64,000 nucleotides of DNA from Tubiluchus corallicola (lineage: Eukaryota > Animalia > Priapulida), in NCBI GenBank assembly GCA_030141605.1, contig JAQGDQ010000061.1, forward strand, positions 483,685 through 547,684. The letters are read 5' to 3'. A program made the position numbers and the translations under genes. This document shows positions 1 to 24,574 of this stretch, in pieces; the first letter of the stretch is position 1, and every line of letters begins with the position of its first letter. The notes under the pieces are model-generated. The model did not search any database. It was not told the origin of the DNA and worked only from the letters and a program-made list of their open reading frames with translations.

Positions 1-282
1 CGACGACGACAATGACAACAGTGATGATAGCGATATAATGAAAAGTTGTGCTAAGGATGCCCAATATCATTTTTATTGATTATGACATTGCTTTGATTGG
101 TTTGTCTTGATCTTTCAATTATTTTCCACGTTAAACACTTTATGTATGTACTGTAGGTGCTTCCCGTAATATCGATTTTTAACTGGATTATTGCCCAATA
201 ACATTCTCTTTGCATAATGCCGTTCACTTTATTAATTTAGAAACCTCGTAAATATTAATACTTGTGACCATTTTCCTCTTAG

Positions 283-473
283 TTGTGTATTCATCATCAC
301 CGTCACCTGATCAATGGAATTTCAATGACTTTCTGTATTGCCTACGTCGAAAATATGTGCCAGTGTTTAGAGAAGAGATAAACGCTCCGCATGGCTACAT
401 CATTTACTATTTCAGTGTGAATCGAACAGAGGGAAAATTTTGTAAACAGTATGCCGCAGCATGTAGATTTTGA
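283..473 (+). CDS. possible terminal coding exon of a gene starting upstream of the window; product unknown (VVYSSSPSPDQWNFNDFLYCLRRKYVPVFREEINAPHGYIIYYFSVNRTEGKFCKQYAAACRF*)
   Basis: Polypyrimidine acceptor ttttcctcttag ends at 282. An open frame of ~63 codons with protein-like composition and 3 Cys runs to TGA at 471-473, followed by AT-rich UTR-like sequence. No family recognised. Confidence 0.35.
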
Positions 474-3400
474 ATAATTGCTAACTTGCCATGGTAAATC
501 GTTATTAACGAAGTTTGCCAATGTTTGGCTGAATAATTTTTTGATGTATCTGATCTAAGTTGATGACTTAAGCACATATTGTAGCATAATAAGTAGAAAT
601 TTATTTATTATTACAACCAAAATGTCAATCACAGCACAGTATAAATTTAAAAAATATAAAAATTTAAAAGAATAAGCAAGGTAGAACACACAGCGACAAG
701 CACTATTACACTACTATCAAGCAATATACATGAACTAAATAAAACGAGTTTGAAATTATATATACATATACATACATATGCAGTATATACTTACTTGTAT
801 ATAGGTATATATTTAAGCATGTAGTTTAAGATTATTGATTGTTAGCACAAAGGCTGATAGATTTTGTAAATTATTAACAAAAATTCCATGTACATACGCA
901 TCATTTTACAGCAAACACAGGACGACTACATAAAATTATGTTCAAAAAGTTATAATCATGCAAACTGCATTATTTGGTTATTTGTTTAAACAGTTTTCTT
1001 GTTTCCTGGGCAACGATCATACAGTTTATAATACTTTCACTATATTTCCTGTAATCAATGCAGAAGAAGAAACTTGGTAAAGCGTCCTCTATCTGGTCAC
1101 CTGCCTGGCATTTACTAAGTAAAATCTGTCAGGGCAAATGCGTGGACTCCTCATCTTAAACTACATGCGTTTTATTGTGGCGTTCTACAAGGGCTTTGTA
1201 GGAAGGCACGAAAGAATTTCATTCCTGTGCCTAGTTGACATCAAAACTGCTTAGCGAGCTTTGCTAATCGAAAAAATACACAAGAATAATGACAATGCAT
1301 TGCAATGCCATCACTGCAAGCAATTTAATGCAGGTTTGGTGTATTACTTTGACGACAAGAACGGTGAGTATTTTTATCCACATGAAACTCTGTAGTGTTC
1401 ACCGAATGTAGGACGTCAAATCAATGTGTAAATGTACTGCTAGACTGATTGCACGTCGCTCCATTCTGATAGTGTGTAAGATCGCTGAATGTGTAAAACT
1501 GGGAATGTGTAAATACTGATTAGCGGGCGTTAATGTCACACGCACGTATATATATTATTGCATGGTTTCAAACCTCTCGATGTCTATAATGGAATCATGC
1601 AATTTCGTATTACAGTTTTACATATGCGAGCTGATCGTTCAGCTAAACTGTGGGGGCTGATTCTGGTGGGGATTTCGAAAGCTTCTGGATTACGTAGGAG
1701 GTACATGTATTGGAAACGGGCAAGCATACCGTTCATACTTAACTGCCAAGTTTACACTTTATTATTTTAAAAACGTAAGAAAATACGTTTGCGTTAAAGG
1801 CAATTCGCAAATCCTAAAACGTTAAAATAAATTCTATGACAAAAAACGAGCAAATCGATTTAATTTTTGTTCTTTGTAGGAGTAACATACTTCTCAACAA
1901 TTAAAATTCGATTGCCTACCCATAGTGCTGATTTATCAGCTGATCGATTACACCTCAAAGGTGTGTAGATCAGTTCATTCGCGATGGTTTGTGTATCTGA
2001 GGTATAATCAGTTAGTTGACTTAAATACTATGGCTACGCAATCAGGTTTTTTAACATTCCTTTCGTTCAAAAGAAACGTCACTCCACTACTCGGAGCAGA
2101 TACGATAAAAAATTGTTCTTTCAGAATTTGAACCTGGTATCTTCTGTGTATATACGGCAGGCGCAATACACGTTGTTAACCGTCAGGATTATGGAGTTTT
2201 ATTAATACTCCTTGAAAAAGAATTATGATAGACGCGTGTTCTCAGTTATAGTACGGTTTTCTATCAACTACTAATTTATTCGTATTTTCACTTTTTACTG
2301 AAGCCTACTGTCTTATTTAGGACGAGTTGCATTAAAAGTTTAATAACTGTAAGTGTAAGAGTTTTTCTTTAATTAAAAATTAAGAAGAGTAACGTTTCCT
2401 ACTTGTTAGAATTAGTTTCTGTTGTTACATTTAGATAAAGATGCTGCTAACAGCACTTTTCGCACAATATGGTGCTTTATCAAACGGATGAAAATTTATA
2501 TTAAAGTGCTGCCATTTAAATAGCACTTAGCCATAGTGTTGATTTTAGTAATTAATGCAACATATGTATCAATACGCTGGATGAAGTTCTTTAGCTCTAC
2601 AGCATAATAAGATAGTTGTACCCATAAAGTCCGTTTTACTCCTGTTCCCCTATTTTTCTGTAATTGTTTGTAGTTTTCTTTACTGAGCTAAAAACGTTTT
2701 TGAGATTTCACCTGGCGATAGTTATTGTTCAAAGCGGGCAACACGAGCCACAGAGTTTTCTTAATTTCAGACAGTTTATATTGCTACCGTTGGTTTCTCA
2801 GATGACAAAGAGCTATAAGGTATCTGCTAACGTCAGCAAAAAACCTTTTCTGATTCTGAGGGTCACATCAATGACAACATCCAAACTTATCAGTTACAAA
2901 TTCTTACAAGTGTGGCTTCTTTCATTACGTAACTACAGAGAAAATTATAAATAGAGAACCCAAAACAACGAAATGAAAAAATACGACATTCCAGACCATT
3001 GCGTGTGACTTGTTTTTGAAAAAAATAAACAATAAATAAAAATGTAGAAAAGATCATGAAAACAATTGGTTTTATTGGTTTTTTGTTTTTTAGATAATAC
3101 ACCATCATATGGCATGTGTCAGTAAGCCTTATCACAGTTCCAGCGTTTGATGATGATCGTGAATAGGTCAAAGGTAACGTGTACCAGGCAACGCATTTGT
3201 GTACACTTGACAGCCTCGCAGCCAATGCTATTATAACAGTAACAATTTTAACAGCTAGCTAGGACCTTACCTAGTTCATTTTTTCTTGTTCTCAAGCAAG
3301 ATCCTGCTAGTAAATCACTCTATGCACAGACTAATGCATAATTAAATAAAGTCCACGTAAAACAACTGAAGTTACTGAACTGATGCTCTGTTTTACACAC

Positions 3401-5078
3401 ACATCACGTGACGGTTGTAGTTAAGACGCGTTGCTGGTACATTTAACCTTTGACCTACAACAACTGCGCGTGCGCACAACGAAACCGTCAAACGCTTATT
3501 GTCCAATGACATTACACTGTCACATTATGCCGCCAATTTGTACATTTATTTGCTGCTCTCCAAGATGAAATATGTTTCAAAATTAGAGATGTTCCATTGA
3601 GGTCATTTTGTGTGAAATCCATCCAAGTGAGCAGTGTGCCTCCCGATCGATCTTTGAATTGATTCGTGGAAAGCTTTAATAACTGGACTGTTTTTCGATA
3701 ATCTCAAAATATGACCTACCCAGTAAGTCTTCTACGTTTTAACTTCCTGCTTCATTTTTCTTCTTTGATTTTATTGTTACTTGTAACCTTTGGCTATTAT
3801 ATTTGCAATAATCATCTGTATAAATGTCGTTGAACACCAATAATCTCCAGCTGATTATTTACTTTCAAGGTGCACAGCTCTGAATTGCATAGAAAATGGA
3901 ACACATGCAGTATTAGACTAATAATCTTGTTATTGAAGATATTTTTAAGTTTTGAGAAAGTCGCTAGTGCCAGTATTTGGTATTTAAGTAATACGCAAGA
4001 CTGATAAAACACGGAATACTCAACATAAAATAAACTATAAAATGAAAACACAAAGCATCACTAAAACACAGTAGCATGAACAGGAAATAGACAGTTCACA
4101 ATGGTGGATTGACTCGTTGTATTTTTCGCTTTTTTGTTGTGAATTTTTGTTTATTGTTCAAATTGCTGTCATTAAGAATCATCTCGGAATTATAATTATA
4201 CAATCATTTTAAGAGACTTTATTACTAGTGTCAAAATTTTACAGTGTTATTAGTTCAGTGCTTAATAATAATGTTATTAGCAGATAAAAAAGTTATCTTT
4301 AATCTTGAACAGCAGCAAGAGTCACATTTAAACTTGAACAGTATAACAAAACTTACGTGAAATCACGGCCAACCTCTGTAACGCATCTCTAAAATTATCT
4401 TAAAATTAAGATTGTACTGCAATTTCGCTACTGTATCAGGATACAATCCATCCAGTGGTTTACGATTTCGCTTGCTCACCTTGTGACTATAGGTGGTGAG
4501 ATCGGTTAACAGAGCATAGATTACAATGTTACTACCTAGTTTCACTACGAGCACTGCATCTCACTTAATTCAGTAACTAGTAGGCCTAATCAAAATTCTG
4601 AAGTTGTGCCAGAGTTAACTGGCAATTACTCATGTTTTTAATGCGGAACTAACAATTTTATGTGATGAAAAGTCTCGAATAGCTGCTATGTTGATGTGTT
4701 TGCCTCATGCACCCCTTGTGGGTCACCGTCTTGATGGTAAAAAGCAAAATTTTTGGAACGGTTACGAAACCGAAGAGATTCCAGTTGGGTTTTTCTTTTT
4801 CCAAAGCCTGGCAATGTGTAAGACCGCTACAGGTTGCCTGCCTGTGCATCTCGCTGCTTACCAAGCATCTATGCCTACTTTTGCTATAAATCGGAACACA
4901 AAAAGAGTAAGACCAGTGCAACAGAACAAAGTGAAAAAATACAATCTTCCCATAATTTTAGTTTTTATTTGATTATTTTGAAAACACGAATAAAGTTAAC
5001 AACAAAAATATAACTGACTAATTATTATACAGGTGTAGAAGAAATATACAGTCAGAAGACTTAAGCGCGCATATTTTT

Positions 5079-18026
<12,948 letters not shown>

Positions 18027-18619
18027 CAAGTGCAGCTTACAGGCCCTTTCAACTAATTTGCACATACATTGTAAAGTTTATATATGTACGTGTCATACTT
18101 GAAATAAAGGGTACTTTGCCCTTTTATACAATTTTATTGCTGACCGGACACTGTAGCGGCTTGTTAAAAGTCTTGTCATGGGTGTTCAAAGTCAGAAAAT
18201 GTGGGCTTATTTGTAACCCGTTACTGTCTGTTTAGAAGAAAAATGGTACAAAACTGATATAAATGGTGTAAATCAGTTGATTTACAAAATGCATTTAGGT
18301 AAATTCTAGGCACTACGTACGAAACAATGGTTAACAAACCTGATATTTCGTTCAGTACAATTTAGTTGGGTAAGGTAATTCAGATTTAATTTATTCGTGC
18401 CGCTTGATGTATTTCAGTGTACAGACAAATTAATCTGATAGTTCATCAAAAGTTTGCACAAATTTGTGTTAATCCTGTCTAAAATTTAACACACTTGCAG
18501 TGCTTTAGTAATGATAGTTTAGACTTAACAGTTAATACCTATTTAAAACTGGAAAACCGTTTATGACGAAGTCCTAAACTGAAGATTCTACAATATGTTC
18601 TGTAGGTGTAATATAACGT

Positions 18620-18785
18620 AATTTGTAAAGTAATGTAATGAAGTGTAAAATATAATATAATGTTGTAAAGTAATGTAATGAAGTGTAATGCGTAACGTTA
18701 CATTACTTAAAAACAGCATTATTCGAATATAATGCAATGTTGAAAAGTAACATAATTTAGTGTAGCGTGTTACGTTACATTTCAT
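18620..18785. repeat. degenerate (GTAAT)n pentanucleotide repeat
   Basis: Repeated gtaatgtaatgaagtgtaa units. Confidence 0.75.
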
Positions 18786-19639
18786 TAAAGCAGGATTGGT
18801 AAAAAATTCAAGGCTATCAATCTTTACATTATCTACACTTTGGAGATTTTATTGTTAATTCAACGTAGCTGAATATCACAAGTTCGTTTTTGTCAAATTT
18901 TCCATTCTTACCATTCATTCCTTTTCCAAATTACCACCGAGAAACCAATTCACTGCCGCTGGACTTATTGTCATTAATGGCCAGTGAACTTTTTTGCCAT
19001 AAAAATTTGTCATAATAGAATGTTCTGCGTTTGCTTGAATTTTTGGCATACATGTATATTACCGTAATAAATAATTTTAACCGTAAAATATGTACGGTAA
19101 ATCAATAAAAACACAGTGTCTCTGCTGTGAGCGTAATACGAACACAGTACCACGTCATTCAGCCTTAAACGTTTTAGAACATAAAATAAACGAAATAGTA
19201 AAATTTTAAGTTCCAAAACAAAAAATCACTTACGTTTGTTAATTTACACTGAAATCTTCATAAAACTGAAACCAATATCGTTATGTACAGCCAAGTATAA
19301 AACAAAATGCGCATGCGCAAACTTCGCAAAACAATTAACTCTGAAACGTAGACAGCCGTCACACGTAGCACAAGCATGAAAAGAAATAGCTTAATGACCT
19401 ATTTTTAAAGCATGTGCAATCACGTGGTTTTATTCGCTTTTCAAGCTGTTTCCTAATAATTTAAAAACAGTTACTTATGATAAAATGCCTGTATTTCAAT
19501 TTAGTGAATTATTAAATCTTATCTAATAGTTAATTAAAATTAATTGGATTTATTATTAATAATATCTACTGTTTACTATACACGGGACACCTGCCTTAGA
19601 AGTTTCGTGACTGTGTTTACTAACAAAATCTTTTTTAAC

Positions 19640-20600
19640 GCTTGCGCCCATGTCCTTGGCCTAATCGCCTTCAATTTTGGAAAAAGACTTAATGCACATC
19701 ATCATCTACCCAGCTGTCTGTACATGCATAAACAGTGACGTGTTGTCCAATACTGTAAGAGTGTCTGAGTGACAATGCCGTTTACTCTAATTTTTATACC
19801 TTAGCTTCTATCCCCAAAACCTTTGACCCAGAGGTAACGATTCTTACCCTGTGTCTGAGCGCGTGAGTTAAGTATCTGTCTTCCTAATGCGTTGAGTCTA
19901 GATCTTGTACTTCTGAAGTTTTTTTTTGAAAATTACTTAACACACATCTACACGTGCTCGTCTATTTAAACGCACATAAACGTTGACTCCTAGTTCATTA
20001 TTGTAAGAGAAGTTAATTGTCAAAACAGTTCTCCTTAATTTTCACATTTTGGCTCTTATCTCGAAACTTTTCCACATCCAATTTTTGAAAAATGCTTAAT
20101 GTACATCTAACCTTACCCAGCTGCCTATACATACATAAACAGTGACTCGTGGTCCAATTCTGTAAGAATAGTTAAATGACAAAGCCGTTTACCCTAATTT
20201 TCACATATTGGCTCCTATTCCTGCTGACCTTTGACCCAGAGCATACCTTTCTTAGATCGTGTTTGAGGCTCTGTCTTAAGTGTCTGTTTTGGTTTCCGAG
20301 TTTCGGATTGTAGCTCTTGGACTTATGGAGTTATGGTGTCATGCGACCTGGCCACACTCACTTTTTGAAAAATCCTTAAGGCACATCAACACCTGCCCGT
20401 CTACCCACACGCACATGAACATTGACTCCTAGTCCAATACATTAAGAGAAGTTGAGCGATAAAGCCTTTTACCCCAATTTTTACATTTCGACTGCTAACG
20501 AAACTTTTCTAACCCCGACTTCTGAACAATATTTCATGCAAATCTACCCACAACAGTCAACTGCCTTTAAAGAAAATTTGTCATTTAACCAAACGCCTTA
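19640..20600. repeat. dispersed element with 4-5 diverged internal subrepeats (possible non-autonomous Helitron/Helentron-type)
   Basis: Recurring unit cacatc..ctacc..acgcacataaac..tgactcctagtccaat..gtaagag..ttta(c)cctaatttt(c)acat at ~19690, 19940, 20100, 20380; ctttgacccagag recurs at ~19820 and ~20229. Confidence 0.55.
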
Positions 20601-21010
20601 AGAGGAGTTCTTTGACTATGGAAAAACCAACCCATACCCTGTGTCCAATATCCACTGTTTGATTCAAAGTCTCCATGCCGTTGTCTGAACCCCTACCCCA
20701 AGTGTCTACACTGCAAGTTTGGTTACTCTAAAGGTAGTGTAGTTTTCGAGTTATTAAGTGTCGTAACCGAGAATAACAAATAAACGATTGAGATTCAACA
20801 GTATCCGATCGCTGCAAAGCTTAGTTGAAAACCCATGAGAACTACCACCATTTAACGCACTAGTTTTAATCTATGAAAGTTCGTTTTTTATGAGCCCCAA
20901 AATTCTTTGATAGAACGTTCAAATTCAACAGCAGGCCTAATAGCTGTAATAATAGTCACATTTTAAAATTGATTTTTTACAGACTTTCAATAATAGAAGT
21001 ACAAAAACTA

Positions 21011-22432
21011 TTAGTTTTGAAATATGGAATCAACTAATGTACCGTAACAGCCTTTGCTACTATTGTGAATTACTTCACAAATAAGAGCAGCCAATGCAGC
21101 GCAGATACCGATTAATAACAACCAGAATACAAACGACAGTTGATTGATATTAATTGCTTTGGCTTCCACACTTTGAGCAGGCACCTTGAGACACCTTTCT
21201 GCTGGCTCCCTTAAGGGATCCAGCAGCTTATGTATTAAATCGCTTTCAAGTAAAGTGGCAAGTCCATAATTCAATGTTTCAGTGTAATTACTGGATTTGG
21301 GAACAGCCATCGATATTGGTATTGCCGTTGTTGAAACGGGTGCAAAGGCTAGTCTGCATTTATTGTGAAGATTGAAGTCGTTTCTTATGTCCATTATTGC
21401 ATATATCTTTGGGTGGAAAAGAGTGTAGCCTTCTTCAGCTGCCAAATCCAGACCCTCGTTTCTGGTCTCAACCGGAACGTTTTTGTTTGCCTCCATTTTC
21501 TGCCACAGTTTGCCTAGCTCTGTGTGATTTGGACTATGTCTTAGTACTTGTCTAGCTGAAAAATCACCTTCTGTAAGCGTTGTTATATCACTATCCAGCA
21601 ACTCTTGCAACGAGTGAAAAGAATATGTTGGTTCACTCACGAACAAGTAACTGACCAAAGTTCCAGTGTACACAGCTGAAATGATTACGGTGAAGACCCA
21701 CCAGCACGCGAGCACAGTCCTTCCAGATATCGAATAAGGTAAAAACGCTGCAGCCTGTTTTAAGAGAGACGACGAGGTATATTGGACGAAATGCAGTATA
21801 CTCGCGTTATAGACATTCTTCATGCTAAATGGTTGTTGACCATTCTTCTGGATTTCATTAAAGTCCACTTTTGAAATGTAGTACAACACAGCGGCAACTG
21901 TTGTGCAGCACAAAGCAATGCTTAGCCAGACCGTTACTGGAAAAGGAGCAAGTAGATTGAAGGTATGTGATGTGTGCCGGGGTATGATAAAAACATGTGA
22001 AGAGTACGCAATAGGGTGCAGAAATGTCATCAACTTAACTCGACTTTCGAGAAGGAGCAATGGCCCTACCATATCTACTGAGTAGTTATTTATTGCATCT
22101 TCGGCAGTTTCTAATGGATCAAAATAAGCTATTGTATAGGTATAGTTCAAACAGTAGCTCAATAGTTCAATCAGCTCTTTCATAAAAGATTCAAAAGTGT
22201 CGTTTTCCCACAAGCCAATTTGAAGATTGACTCCTCTAAGTGAAAGTCTTTCAATGTCTAATACTAAGCTGCTCCTGTAGATGGCGCTCTGCTGAGTAGT
22301 TTGCTCTTTATCAGGACATCTAACGTTATCAAGCCAAAACTCTTTTTTCTTATTTTCACTACCACCGTTAATTATTGAGAAACAATTTAGCAGAACGCAC
22401 AGTGTCAAAACGTAATGTCCTAACAGCATCAT
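21011..22432 (-). CDS. divergent ionotropic receptor (IR; variant iGluR chemoreceptor), intronless CDS, 473 aa
   Basis: Signal peptide, then S1 (VDMVGPLLLLESRVKLMTFLHP), LLAPFPVTVW + M1, pore segment (SLLKQ), M3 (SGRTVLACWWVFTVIISAVYTGTLVSYL), S2 (HSLQELL..C..AVPKSS..LNYGLATLLESDLIHKL) and M4 (ININQLSFVFWLLLIG). No amino-terminal domain. Confidence 0.92.
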   Translation of the reverse strand: MMLLGHYVLTLCVLLNCFSIINGGSENKKKEFWLDNVRCPDKEQTTQQSAIYRSSLVLDIERLSLRGVNLQIGLWENDTFESFMKELIELLSYCLNYTYTIAYFDPLETAEDAINNYSVDMVGPLLLLESRVKLMTFLHPIAYSSHVFIIPRHTSHTFNLLAPFPVTVWLSIALCCTTVAAVLYYISKVDFNEIQKNGQQPFSMKNVYNASILHFVQYTSSSLLKQAAAFLPYSISGRTVLACWWVFTVIISAVYTGTLVSYLFVSEPTYSFHSLQELLDSDITTLTEGDFSARQVLRHSPNHTELGKLWQKMEANKNVPVETRNEGLDLAAEEGYTLFHPKIYAIMDIRNDFNLHNKCRLAFAPVSTTAIPISMAVPKSSNYTETLNYGLATLLESDLIHKLLDPLREPAERCLKVPAQSVEAKAININQLSFVFWLLLIGICAALAALICEVIHNSSKGCYGTLVDSIFQN

Positions 22433-23139
22433 CTTTCAACGCTTACAGCACACACTTGACCAAAACTGAGTAAAGTCACCGCAGAACCATAGGCCAATCG
22501 GTAACTAACCATACTCGCTTGTTAATGAACCCAGGAATATCAGCTTTCACACGTTTTATTGTTTCCTTTAGTATCCCTCATTGTAGTCATATCGTGTGGC
22601 AGGACATCAATATAACAAATGCAGCTGTGTTTGAATAAGCCCAGAGAACAACCAATTTCAGTCTTTTGCTGTACGTAAAACTGGGATAGCCTCTTAAACA
22701 ATTTGAAAACTTACAACAAGGTGAGTTTTTAAAGTTGTGTCAGTCAAGCATTGCGTCTTGGGTGTCAAGCAGATCTGGGAGTTTTAAGTGTTATTTTTTG
22801 TAAAAGAAAATTTTTGCTAATAAAAACAAAAAACATACGACTGCACCTTTAAATTATCACTTCTTCGTTTAGCAACAGTGCTACCTTTTTCCAGTTCAAT
22901 TAAAAATTTATTTGCTTTTCATAATATCATTACAAAAACTATGTAATTATAATCAGCAATTGTATACAGGACCGGATTAAGCTCTTGATTAAAATTAAAA
23001 ATTAAATCAATGAAATTAAAATTAGAGAGATAAAATTTATTGCTGGTTAGGGGATACAGTGGAACTCTCAGGTGTGCATGTGAATGTAGCTTTATCTAGT
23101 ACAGATTCAAACTCTGAGCTTGTAGTACTAAAGACAGTA

Positions 23140-23250
23140 GTCACGTGCACACCTCAGCTCATAAAAAGGGAAGGTCTACCGTAAATCCTCGTCGGTGGTC
23201 AGTGACATCCTCGTAAATCCTCGTCGGTGGTCAGTGACATTCAGTGCAGT
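23140..23250 (+). promoter_or_regulatory. putative core promoter of the GNMT-like gene, with a 32-bp tandem duplication
   Basis: E-box CACGTG at ~23142, TATA-like CATAAAAA at 23160. Unit cgtaaatcctcgtcggtggtcagtgacat is duplicated (23180 and 23212), giving several TCAGT initiator-like motifs upstream of ATG 23311. Confidence 0.45.
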
Positions 23251-23310
23251 GCTTTCCTAACCAGCTCTGTTCACATTCACCTGCTCTGATGCAAACGGGC
23301 CGGCATTGCG

Positions 23311-24426
23311 ATGTTCGAGATTTTGGGTAAGCTTGTGGTTTGTTTGTTCAATTTAATTACTCGATTCGATAGTTTCGCTTTAGCTTAAAAGTTCTAGCTT
23401 AAACGTGCAATACAACTTCTATTTGGGCTATCCTCCCAGTTACCGTTGCGAACGGACGACAGTCCAATATTAACAAAAGAAAGACGGTGTGGCGAATAAA
23501 CGGGGGTCGTCGAGCAGCCACCTCTATATAAATAAAATTTAAATAATTTTTATACACTGCACAACAATTTTATAAATAAAATCTGTACATATGTGAATTT
23601 TAAGTAGCCTATGTCTACTGCTTGTGTAATGTGCATATTATGTGTTATGTATTTAATAATGTCTGACAAAACAATAATTATAGTTACGCCAACAGAAATT
23701 ATCGGTCTATAGATATTTTGAAGCTCAGGGAGAATAAAAATCATAAATCAACTGAATCTATGCATTTCAATCAACTTTCTTACTAAACGGAAACAAAAAT
23801 GATAACAAAACAGAATCAGAATGGAAATGAAAATGGAAATTTAATAAATTTCGTTATAAACCTACAAAGATACAAATTAACTCAATGAAACCAAAGAAAA
23901 TTTGCGTGCTTAATTCTATTATGACGTAAAAAATAACAATAATATATATATGTGCTTAATTCTATTATGACGTAAAAAAATAACAATTATATATATATAT
24001 ACGCAGGAGTGAAAACCTAGATAAGTAAAAATATATTCCCCAGAATCATCAGTGTGTACTGCATAGTCCAAATCTGATAACTGTACATGTTGGATTTGCT
24101 TGTCCGAAAATTTAGAAAATAGATGAGAATATTGAACTGTAGGGGTACCCTGGTTGGTTCGGTACCAGCAGATGCGCAGGCCAAACAGTCTATAACTCTT
24201 CTGACATCTATCCACAAAACAATAGAACGATGTGTGAGAAAAACGATACCTTTGTTGGTAAATTACGTGAAGTACATTGAAACGTCATGATGAGATGGAG
24301 TTTACTCGGTCGTGGGATTAATCTAACTGGACCAGTTAAAGAACAGAGAAGATCGCTTTTATACAGGCCAAATGCGTATCTTGGCTTTAACAGAAACTTA
24401 CATTTAGCGTAAGAGGGGTGTTCATT

Positions 24427-24490
<64 letters not shown>

Positions 24491-24530
24491 TCCACGATGG
24501 TGTAAACTTATATATCTGCCTCTCTTTCTT

Positions 24531-24574
<44 letters not shown>

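Noticed and set aside
1255-1363. LQCHHC-containing frame ending at a GTGAGT donor (Ly6-like look)
   Set aside because: In-frame stop just upstream, no signal peptide and no partner exons found.
19640-20600. CRISPR-like array
   Set aside because: Eukaryotic context; the units are long, diverged and irregularly spaced, with no repeat-spacer structure and no cas genes.
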